Source of the DNA: a virus
Lineage: Duplodnaviria > Caudoviricetes
IMG/VR virus record: IMGVR_UViG_3300022074_000044
Span: 1 to 57,259 of that record
Direction: 5' to 3' (one strand)
DNA length: 57,259 nucleotides
Position 1 is the stretch's first letter. Each line of letters begins with the position of its first letter. Under the pieces are notes generated by a model, which saw nothing but the letters and a program-made list of their open reading frames with translations, made no database searches and was not told where the DNA came from. This document shows positions 16,695 to 23,716 of this stretch, one piece after another. The position numbers were made by a program, and so were the translations under genes.

Positions 16695-19400
16695 TTATTT
16701 ATAGGAATTAAATAATGACAACATAGGTTCTACCTTCCTCAATGACTGCATACTCTGTTTGAGCAATACCGAAGGAGTTAACCTGACCAATACCAACGTA
16801 AGTTGCACGAGCTTGAGATTCCTTAGCTCCTGCAAGTCCCTTGAAGAATCCTTGAGTCGTGTAATTGCCTTTCGTGACTGATTCGAGAGCAGATCCACTG
16901 GTCTTGTAAAGAACTGCAACACCAATACCAATCGAAGGTGTGTAATCGACGAATGGATGTACAAGAGAAGTATTCGATATTGTAAATGTTCCTGATGGAA
17001 CGAAGTCTTGGAATACTTGGAAGTATCTGGTCGCTGCATCTCCAAATATAGTTGTGATACCAGATGTGCCTGGATCTCTGTCGTCTCCATAGTATCCGTA
17101 TACTTGATTGAGAGCGGTAAGTGCAGAAGCGCCTTTTGTGTCGAAGAGGACTGTACCCTCGACGGAATCGGCTGTAAATCTGACAACTGATGCACCAGAG
17201 AATGTAGCAATACCAACTCCAATCTCTCTGAAGAATCCTTTCTCGTCGGCAGTTCCAGATATAGTAACATTTCCAATACCAGTGTATGCTGGTGTGTAGT
17301 CGATATCTGGATGTGTAAGTTCTCCAGATATTGTGAATGTACCAGATGGAACGAAGTCTTGGAAGACTGCCAATGTTCTTGTGTCTGCATCTCCACTGAT
17401 TCTTGTAAGAATTGCACTTGCAGCAGATGGTTCGACTGTTGCCTCTGCAGCAGATCCAAGTGCAAAGAGAGAACCAGATCCAGTAGCTGACAGACGAACA
17501 CCAGATAGAACAACGTTGTCTCTTCTGAGTGTAATAGTTCCAGATCCATCGAACTCTCGTAGGCGGAAGGCGACACTTTCTCCAGATAGTGTAAGTGTTG
17601 CAGTATTCTCTGGAGTCTGAGCGATGAATGATTCTTCTGCCGTTCCGTTGAATATTGATGTACCAGCAACAAGTTCTGCACTTGTCTTGGTCTCCGATAT
17701 ACCACCGATTGCGAATAGAGATCCACCACCGACTTCGGAGAATGTTGTTGCTTCGTCTTGACCAGCACCACTGTAAGTGAATGTGCCAGATCCGACTTCT
17801 GGAACGACGAATTTCTCGATTGTGAGAATACCACCTTCCTGACGAACTGTAAATCCACCAGATGTGCCTGGATCGTTGTCGTCTCCATAGTATCCAAAGA
17901 CTTGAACTGGCCTTGCTTCTGCTCCAGTTGTCTGGAAGTCGAATAGGAGAGATCCAGCACCAAACTCGGTAGCGGGAACAAATCTTTCCTTCGCACCGAA
18001 TTCGACTCCTTCGAGATCTCCTTCCTCGTCTGGGCCTCCAACACCGTTTCCAGCAGTACCAATACCAAGAATGTAGATAACACCGTGAGTTGATATAGGT
18101 GCGTTTGTTCTGGATATTGAACGACCATCGAGTTTGAGGACAGGACCAACAGATGGATATTTCGGAATGAACCTTGTGGTAACAATGCCAGGATCTCCGT
18201 ATTCCCCTCCAGAACTTCCAGGCTTGAGTGTAAGTCCAGTCTCGATACCAATGTTCCTTTCGATACCATAATGAGGTGTGTAGTCGATATCTGGATGCTG
18301 TAGATCTCCGATAAGACGTAGAACAGCCTTCTCTGATTGTGAAGCGTAAGTAGCTTTGAGATCTGTGTATCCACCACCGTAGATGTGTAGGTAAGTTCCC
18401 TCTGGAGGATCGAAGCTGGACTTGACAACTGCACTGCCTCTGAATGTCTGAATACCAACAGGAGAAATGTGATCGATAACTCTTGCGTATGTTGATATTC
18501 CAATACCCCTTGTAAGAGGTAGAGTTCCAGATCCAACAAAGTCTCTTGTGCGACTGTAAGTGGTAATTCCAGATGTCTCGAATAGAACAGTTCCTTCTGG
18601 AGTCTGAGCAATGTATCTTTCTTTTGCACCACTAACGAAGTCGAATAGAGATGTTGTACTACTTGCAACAGCAACTTTCTCTCCGCCAGTTCCAGAAATG
18701 GTGATTGTACCAGAACCACGGTAGAATGGGAAGAATATTGGAACCCCTGATGTGATTCCTCCAGTGAAGTTGACACTTCCATATGGGAATATAGCTTCCT
18801 GTGGAGTGGTTTCATCGACCCAACCATAATCAGTGAATCCTCTATTAACATTCTGTTGAGTGAATCCGTTATCCCAAGGATATGTTCTAGTGTATGGACG
18901 ACCACCGCCAGAAGATACTCCAATAATTCCGTAATCTTCTCCGATTTCATTGGAACTAAAGTTGATGTTATATTGATTAGTTTTATCGAATGAAGGTACA
19001 AGACCAGTACCACTAACTGCCTCGTCGTATGTAAGACCACCAGTATTTTCATTATCAAAGGTGATTGCACCATCATCAAGAGACTCGACACTTGGCATAC
19101 CAGCTCCTTGCTGGTTGAATCCAAATCCTTGAGCAACATCAAGTTCACTAATGAGACCGTAATCTTCGTTCTCTGTTCCCCTAAAGATAGAGAATTGATT
19201 GTAGGAATCTGTATTCTTCTCAAAGATATCCTTACCACTGAAGAATAATGTTCCACCAAACTCATCTTCTGGGTGTTGGATAACTCGTGCATATGTCTGA
19301 CCCTCTTCTCTGCCAGTTGTAAGAGTAACATCGAGAGTGGATGATATATGTGGAGCAAAGTTGACGTTTGCAGCACCAGTAAGTGACTGATAAGAACCAA
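16695..19400 (-). CDS. Candidate overlapping gene in the +1 frame (901 aa), no recognisable homology
   Basis: 901 codons without a stop; TTG start with AAGGA 8 nt upstream; see findings. Confidence 0.4.
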   Translation of the reverse strand: MVLISHLLVLQTSTLLHIYHPLSMLLLQLAEKRVRHMHELSNTQKMSLVEHYSSVVRISLRRIQIPTINSLSLGEQRTKITVSLVNLMLLKDLDSTSKELVCQVSSLLMMVQSPLIMKILVVLHTTRQLVVLVLYLHSIKLINITSTLVPMKSEKITELLEYLLAVVVHTLEHILGITDSLNRMLIEDSLIMVGSMKPLHRKLYSHMEVSTSLEESHQGFQYSSHSTVVLVQSPFLELAERKLLLQVVQHLYSTSLVVQKKDTLLRLQKELFYSRHLELPLTVAQETLLDLELYLLQGVLEYQHTQELSITFLLLVFRHSEAVQLSSPASILQRELTYTSTVVDTQISKLLTLHNQRRLFYVLSEIYSIQISTTHLIMVSKGTLVSRLDLHSSLEVLEGNTEILALLPQGSFRNIHLLVLSSNSMVVQYPEQTHLYQLTVLSTFLVLVLLETVLEAQTRKEISKESNSVRRKDLFPLPSLVLDLSYSTSRQLEQKQGQFKSLDTMETTTIQAHLVDLQFVRKVVFSQSRNSSFQKSDLAHSLTVVLVKTKQQHSPKSVVDLYSQSVVYRRPRQVQNLLLVHQYSTERQKNHSSLRLQRILQHLHYLEKVSPSAYESSMDLELLHSEETTLFYLVFVCQLLDLVLSLHLDLLQRQQSNHLLQVQFLQESVEMQTQEHWQSSKTSFHLVHSQYLENLHIQISTTHQHTLVLEMLLYLELPTRKDSSERLELVLLHSLVHQLSDLQPIPSRVQSSSTQKALLHLPLSIKYTDTMETTEIQAHLVSQLYLEMQRPDTSKYSKTSFHQEHLQYRILLLYIHSSITHLRLVLVLQFFTRPVDLLSNQSRKAITRLKDSSRDLQELRNLKLVQLTLVLVRLTPSVLLKQSMQSLRKVEPMLSLFNSYK
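16696..16703 (-). promoter_or_regulatory. T4-type late promoter TATAAATA
   Basis: Exact consensus in the intergenic gap. Confidence 0.8.
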
Positions 19401-21348
19401 CGAGGTATTCCTTGACAGAAGCCTCTACCGCACCACCAAACTTGAATAGTGAACCTGATCCCTCTGGTATGAATGGAGTAATAGACTCATTACCAGTGCC
19501 AAGGATACTGAATTGACCTTCTTCACCGAATACTGTGTGTTGTGGAGCCTGACTGAACCAGTTTGCACCGAAGATGTTGATGCCAGCCTTGTATGTGGCA
19601 ATACCAGTAATACCAGAGGACTCGTATTGAATTGCAGCTGCAACATCGAGATCTTCTGAAAGTAGGAAGGTTGCCGTTCCTGTAACTCCAACAGTTTGTT
19701 TGGTAAATGAAGTTTCTCCAAGAGAGAATGTAATTTCTCTGTTGGGATAATGTTGACCACCAATCTGAGCGTAGTTGAAGTTTGGAAGTAAGAATCCCCA
19801 GTTCTCTGCTGACTTGGGTATAGTCTCGTCGTTTGTATTGATGACACCCCAATCTTCGTAAGACTGAGTTGGAGTGGCAGTAATAAGACCCCAATCGACT
19901 TCTTCTGTTTTTTGATCTCCAAGAGGTGATACCCAAGAAGGAGTGTAAACAGGAATACCCTGTTGCATCTCTCCAGAGATATCGAATAGGTTTGTATTCT
20001 CGTAATCCTTCGCAACTTGAATATTGGTTGCAGCACCACTAACATGTAAGGTAACTGTCTGTTCGTCACCCTGTTTAACAAGTTTGATGTCAGATACAGA
20101 ACCAGAAGGTCTGATAAGAGCCTTCCTAGTTGGAGGTATAGAAACTGCAGCATCCGAACCAGTTCCAGATATATCAAAGAGAACTGTACTGATGATACCA
20201 GCAGGGACGAATGATTCGTTTGCACTACCAGATGCAGTAATCGTATCACCGACACCGAATATTGTACTCTGTGGAGCCTGACTGAAGAAGTTGGTTCCAG
20301 AGAATGTTCCTGTACCAGATCCAGAGTATGCAAAGAGTGATTCTTCTGCCGCAGTGCCTTCTTTCTTGAATGTACCAGCACCAGCATATCCCCTGACGAT
20401 AGCATCTCTACCACCAACAAATGTTGACTGATACTCGTCAAGGAATATTCCACCTTGTAATTGTTGTTCTATTACACCGTAATCTTCAGCAGATGTAGGT
20501 GTGTCTAATATACTTCCGTAACTTACAAATTCAACCTGATCTTCGTCAGAGAATGATCTCTCCTTCGCAAGAGGATCTGTGATGGTCTCGTCAAATGTGA
20601 CATTGAGATCATCGAAGGACGCACCTTCCCTAACTGTAATTGTTCCGTTATCTTCTTTCTCGAATACGTCAGACTCAGATCTGGCGTAGTTGTATATGAC
20701 TTTCTCAACGTCAAACAGCCTGGTATCTCCACCCTTCGCTCTAAATGCGTTTTTAATTACAGGGAGATATGCCTGATCATAAGGTGTTGTAGTTGTACCA
20801 CTTAGAGTTACACTACCACTACCATTATAAGGATAAACTTGGTCTAGATCGGTTGCAGATACGCCTGACTTGGCAATCGTACCAACACCATCATAATTTC
20901 CTCTAGATATAGATTCTTCTGCGGTCCCAGATGGGATGAAGATGACAGCCCCTGCCGCTCCGAGATCTGGTATAACAATCCTTTCGAGACCAGAACCGAT
21001 CTCGTGAATTGTACCAGTACCAACCCAAGGAGTTACTGCTGACTCTAGTGCAGAGTCATTTACATCAAATAGTACGGTATTTGCGTTCTCTGGAATCCAT
21101 TGAGATCTAGATCTACCTAGTGCATCTCTTCCATCTACTACATTTATTGGGCCAAACGGTACTATATCTGCTGTAGCGGTGATAAGTCCGTGGTCATTTA
21201 CAAAGAACCAATCTCCATCTCTTTCTGGTTCTACATGTTGATTTATGTCGCCATAGTCAATATTCTCGCTAGATCCCACGGTGATATCTCCACCGTTAAA
21301 TGTAGTGAATACATCTATCTTTGCATTGTCGTAGGTGTATACGGTCAA
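16708..21348 (-). CDS. Large repetitive acidic virion structural protein (1546 aa)
   Basis: G/T/S/E-rich, with repeats EDYG.I, GSG.L...GG..E, HPDIDYTP, GYYGDD.DPGTSG; late-gene context; TTG start uncertain. Confidence 0.8.
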   Translation of the reverse strand: MTVYTYDNAKIDVFTTFNGGDITVGSSENIDYGDINQHVEPERDGDWFFVNDHGLITATADIVPFGPINVVDGRDALGRSRSQWIPENANTVLFDVNDSALESAVTPWVGTGTIHEIGSGLERIVIPDLGAAGAVIFIPSGTAEESISRGNYDGVGTIAKSGVSATDLDQVYPYNGSGSVTLSGTTTTPYDQAYLPVIKNAFRAKGGDTRLFDVEKVIYNYARSESDVFEKEDNGTITVREGASFDDLNVTFDETITDPLAKERSFSDEDQVEFVSYGSILDTPTSAEDYGVIEQQLQGGIFLDEYQSTFVGGRDAIVRGYAGAGTFKKEGTAAEESLFAYSGSGTGTFSGTNFFSQAPQSTIFGVGDTITASGSANESFVPAGIISTVLFDISGTGSDAAVSIPPTRKALIRPSGSVSDIKLVKQGDEQTVTLHVSGAATNIQVAKDYENTNLFDISGEMQQGIPVYTPSWVSPLGDQKTEEVDWGLITATPTQSYEDWGVINTNDETIPKSAENWGFLLPNFNYAQIGGQHYPNREITFSLGETSFTKQTVGVTGTATFLLSEDLDVAAAIQYESSGITGIATYKAGINIFGANWFSQAPQHTVFGEEGQFSILGTGNESITPFIPEGSGSLFKFGGAVEASVKEYLVGSYQSLTGAANVNFAPHISSTLDVTLTTGREEGQTYARVIQHPEDEFGGTLFFSGKDIFEKNTDSYNQFSIFRGTENEDYGLISELDVAQGFGFNQQGAGMPSVESLDDGAITFDNENTGGLTYDEAVSGTGLVPSFDKTNQYNINFSSNEIGEDYGIIGVSSGGGRPYTRTYPWDNGFTQQNVNRGFTDYGWVDETTPQEAIFPYGSVNFTGGITSGVPIFFPFYRGSGTITISGTGGEKVAVASSTTSLFDFVSGAKERYIAQTPEGTVLFETSGITTYSRTRDFVGSGTLPLTRGIGISTYARVIDHISPVGIQTFRGSAVVKSSFDPPEGTYLHIYGGGYTDLKATYASQSEKAVLRLIGDLQHPDIDYTPHYGIERNIGIETGLTLKPGSSGGEYGDPGIVTTRFIPKYPSVGPVLKLDGRSISRTNAPISTHGVIYILGIGTAGNGVGGPDEEGDLEGVEFGAKERFVPATEFGAGSLLFDFQTTGAEARPVQVFGYYGDDNDPGTSGGFTVRQEGGILTIEKFVVPEVGSGTFTYSGAGQDEATTFSEVGGGSLFAIGGISETKTSAELVAGTSIFNGTAEESFIAQTPENTATLTLSGESVAFRLREFDGSGTITLRRDNVVLSGVRLSATGSGSLFALGSAAEATVEPSAASAILTRISGDADTRTLAVFQDFVPSGTFTISGELTHPDIDYTPAYTGIGNVTISGTADEKGFFREIGVGIATFSGASVVRFTADSVEGTVLFDTKGASALTALNQVYGYYGDDRDPGTSGITTIFGDAATRYFQVFQDFVPSGTFTISNTSLVHPFVDYTPSIGIGVAVLYKTSGSALESVTKGNYTTQGFFKGLAGAKESQARATYVGIGQVNSFGIAQTEYAVIEEGRTYVVII
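17060..17895. repeat. Dispersed near-exact DNA repeats inside the 1546-aa gene
   Basis: 17060-17097 vs 17858-17895 (36/38 identical); 17291-17313 = 18275-18297 (23 nt); 16994-17013 = 17345-17364 (20 nt). Confidence 0.9.
19425..20453 (-). CDS. Candidate overlapping gene in the same +1 frame (342 aa)
   Basis: Same frame as the 901-aa ORF, separated from it by one TAG at 19425-19427. Confidence 0.3.
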   Translation of the reverse strand: MEYSLTSISQHLLVVEMLSSGDMLVLVHSRKKALRQKNHSLHTLDLVQEHSLEPTSSVRLHRVQYSVSVIRLLHLVVQTNHSSLLVSSVQFSLIYLELVRMLQFLYLQLGRLLSDLLVLYLTSNLLNRVTNRQLPYMLVVLQPIFKLRRITRIQTYSISLERCNRVFLFTLLLGYHLLEIKKQKKSIGVLLLPLQLSLTKIGVSSIQTTRLYPSQQRTGDSYFQTSTTLRLVVNIIPTEKLHSLLEKLHLPNKLLELQERQPSYFQKISMLQLQFNTSPLVLLVLPHTRLASTSSVQTGSVRLHNTQYSVKKVNSVSLALVMSLLLHSYQRDQVHYSSLVVR

Positions 21349-21362
21349 AGGGATTCCCGAAT

Positions 21363-21395
21363 AAAAAGACCCTGCCTTAGTTATAAAGCAGAGTC
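21363..21395 (-). terminator. 12-bp hairpin with T tract
   Basis: GACTCTGCTTTA-TAAC-TAAGGCAGGGTC followed by a T run (two G-U pairs). Confidence 0.65.
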
Positions 21396-21405
21396 CACAT
21401 ATTGA

Positions 21406-21412
21406 TATTTAG
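21406..21412 (-). promoter_or_regulatory. Late promoter variant CTAAATA
   Basis: TAAATA core in the intergenic gap. Confidence 0.55.
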
Positions 21413-21420
21413 TGTTTCTA

Positions 21421-22428
21421 TTAGTCGAGTGCGACGTTTAGAGTAATCTTGATTTGGTCTCCGTTGTTCTGAATGTTGTAAGGACCGTTTGTGAATCTTT
21501 CAGCGTACATGATAGAACTGTAAAGAGTCGCAGTGTTAAGTCCAAGAACACCGTTTGATGTAGCAGTCATAGATGGAGTTGTTACAAACTCATCTGCGTT
21601 TGGTACATTGAAGACAGTGTAAACATTAGATTCGAGAGTTGTATTACCAGTACCAGCGTTAACGTAAAGGATGTCTCCAGCCTTAAGTCCGTGGTTAGTA
21701 ATAGAAATTTTACCGAAACTGAATGTGACTGATGGGTCAGTCGCAACCTGTATGTTATCGACTAGAGGTTTGTCGAGGTAAATCGTTCTATACGCTCTGT
21801 CAATACCTATAATCTTCGTTCCTGTTGCAACACCAGCGTTACCAGCAACGAACTGTCCAAGAGTTAGATCATCGATACTAACCTGTGGGTCGATAGTGAT
21901 GTAAGAGTTACCAACAACACCGATAGTTGGGTCAGTGTTATTACCTTTAGTAACTGTAGTTCCAATACCAACACTTGCACCGTGTACAACACCCTGTACA
22001 GCAACAGGCATGTTATTTGCACGAGTCACATAGTAACCGTAGATGTTACCAGCAGGACCTGTGAAAGTGAAAGTTTGTTCTGGGTATGTTGCAGTTGTTC
22101 CAGATCCAACGTTCTTAATTACCCATCTTGCTCCGTTTAACAGAATACCGTACTGCTGGTTGTAATCCTGATCTCCTCTGTTGTTTACACAAACAGGATA
22201 ACCAGTATTTGCAGTAGTACCGTAACCATTAACGTTTCCGTCAATATATGGTTCAAAGTATGATGTTGCAGACGGAACATCTCCCTCGGCAGGGGTTGTG
22301 TTACTTGTGAAAAGTTTTAACACAAGATTTCGCGGTGATGTATCTTCTAAATCTGCGACAAAGTTATTCTGAGCGATCAGATAACGTAGCGACTCAATTT
22401 CACCAATATTAGGAACGAGTAATGCCAT
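21421..22428 (-). CDS. Virion structural protein (335 aa)
   Basis: MALLVPNIGE...LVLKLFTSNTTPAE...ATYPEQTFTFTG...IYGYY...AERF..GPY; own late promoter. Confidence 0.75.
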   Translation of the reverse strand: MALLVPNIGEIESLRYLIAQNNFVADLEDTSPRNLVLKLFTSNTTPAEGDVPSATSYFEPYIDGNVNGYGTTANTGYPVCVNNRGDQDYNQQYGILLNGARWVIKNVGSGTTATYPEQTFTFTGPAGNIYGYYVTRANNMPVAVQGVVHGASVGIGTTVTKGNNTDPTIGVVGNSYITIDPQVSIDDLTLGQFVAGNAGVATGTKIIGIDRAYRTIYLDKPLVDNIQVATDPSVTFSFGKISITNHGLKAGDILYVNAGTGNTTLESNVYTVFNVPNADEFVTTPSMTATSNGVLGLNTATLYSSIMYAERFTNGPYNIQNNGDQIKITLNVALD

Positions 22429-22471
22429 TGAAAAACTACCTCTAGGGGCTATAAGTCTTAAGAACTATTGT

Positions 22472-22479
22472 TATTTATA
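22472..22479 (-). promoter_or_regulatory. T4-type late promoter TATAAATA
   Basis: Exact consensus overlapping the upstream stop codon. Confidence 0.75.
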
Positions 22480-23149
22480 ATTTTAATTTTAGAGAGACTA
22501 ATATCCTTCTAATATTATTCACACTTACTACGTTAAAGTTGAGAATATCTCCAGCATTTATCGTAGTCGTCCAACTATTTAGGACATCATCAAAGTATTT
22601 ATCCGAATTGACTAATTGAACTCTCGCACCACTAGTAATACTAGTGAAATTCGGATAATCTGCGAAAGAACATTTAGATATATCAAAAACAATATCACCA
22701 GTCTGATCAGATAAAACTCTGACATTTTCTATGACTCCAGTGACATCTATTGTCAATTTTCCTTTATCTCCAGCTTGCATGGGGAGACTACCACTATCTA
22801 TAACATAGTTCACAGTCCTTGTTAAGTCTGCTGCTGCAGCAAGGGCAATCATTACTATATCATCATTTGCTGTTGGAGGAGTTGTAAATACAACTTTATC
22901 CCCAGAGATGGTATAGTCGTTTGATGGATCTAGGAAAAGACCATTCTTAGTCACAATAAGTTGTTGACTATTGTTGGGACTATATGGAGCTCCTTGATCA
23001 GTTAAGGAAAACGTTGTTTCAGTGCCGTCTTGTGCTGGTGTCTTACCAATAATGATGTTACCATATTGGATCGACTTCGAGGGAATCTCGTAGTCAACAC
23101 CGACATTGTATTTGCCAGGCTCGTTAAGGGTGACTAAGTAATCTGCCAT
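22475..23149 (-). CDS. Virion structural protein (224 aa)
   Basis: DG.ETTFSL...LIVTKNG...DYTISGDKVVFTTPP beta-sandwich repeat; TAATG coupling. Confidence 0.7.
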   Translation of the reverse strand: MADYLVTLNEPGKYNVGVDYEIPSKSIQYGNIIIGKTPAQDGTETTFSLTDQGAPYSPNNSQQLIVTKNGLFLDPSNDYTISGDKVVFTTPPTANDDIVMIALAAAADLTRTVNYVIDSGSLPMQAGDKGKLTIDVTGVIENVRVLSDQTGDIVFDISKCSFADYPNFTSITSGARVQLVNSDKYFDDVLNSWTTTINAGDILNFNVVSVNNIRRILVSLKLKL

Positions 23150-23487
23150 TATAATCGTGTTACGCCTGGAATTACAAGAAGGTTTCCTTGTATGGGTCTA
23201 GTCTTATACGCATTGGGCGAAGTTAGAACTAAATCATACACATATCTCCCACCTTCTATGACACTTGTGATTGTAGATGCCATAGCAACTTTTATCTGAC
23301 CATTCACCCTATTTGGGAATGAGACGACAAATGGAGTTGATTTAGATGCTTCTGGATGTTTCCGTAGTTGAGCAGATCCAGTGTATCCAGTCAGATTTAA
23401 AGAACTTGCATCTTCATTTCTGATAGTGAAAGTTGCTTCAAAGTCTACGCCCTGATCTAAAACTAGGTTTATGTTCCTTGCTGTCAT
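23149..23487 (-). CDS. Small Ig-like (BppU-N-like) virion protein
   Basis: NLVLDQGVDF...LNLTGY...AQLRK...GRYVYDL...QG...PGVTR. Confidence 0.7.
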   Translation of the reverse strand: MTARNINLVLDQGVDFEATFTIRNEDASSLNLTGYTGSAQLRKHPEASKSTPFVVSFPNRVNGQIKVAMASTITSVIEGGRYVYDLVLTSPNAYKTRPIQGNLLVIPGVTRL

Positions 23488-23506
23488 CTGTCAAAGGGGG
23501 TTTTAG

Positions 23507-23716
23507 TTATTTATCTAATTTACTTAAAATGAGTTTCATCATTGATTTTAACTCATCAACATCATCTTTCAACTTATCCATTTCGTTGACTTCTTGCATT
23601 TTTTTCTGCTTCAACTTTAGATAACTATCATACTCAGAGTCAGAACAATTTAAGATTGCACCAGATTGTTCGTCTCTATAAAGAGACCCACTATCTTTTA
23701 CCTTAATCTTATCCAT
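23507..23716 (-). CDS. Small coiled-coil hypothetical protein (69 aa)
   Basis: LYRDEQSGAILN followed by a heptad-like C-terminus; TAATG coupling to the upstream gene. Confidence 0.75.
   Translation of the reverse strand: MDKIKVKDSGSLYRDEQSGAILNCSDSEYDSYLKLKQKKMQEVNEMDKLKDDVDELKSMMKLILSKLDK
23508..23514 (-). promoter_or_regulatory. Late promoter ATAAATA
   Basis: TAAATA core about 20 nt upstream of the ATG at 23487. Confidence 0.6.

Noticed and set aside
9287-18297. 20-38 nt direct repeats as a possible CRISPR array
   Set aside because: They lie in frame inside coding sequences, hundreds of nt apart, with no spacer periodicity and no cas genes.
19523-19936. 137-aa ORF in the third frame of the 1546-aa gene
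   Set aside because: That frame has frequent stops elsewhere in the gene; the length is plausible by chance.
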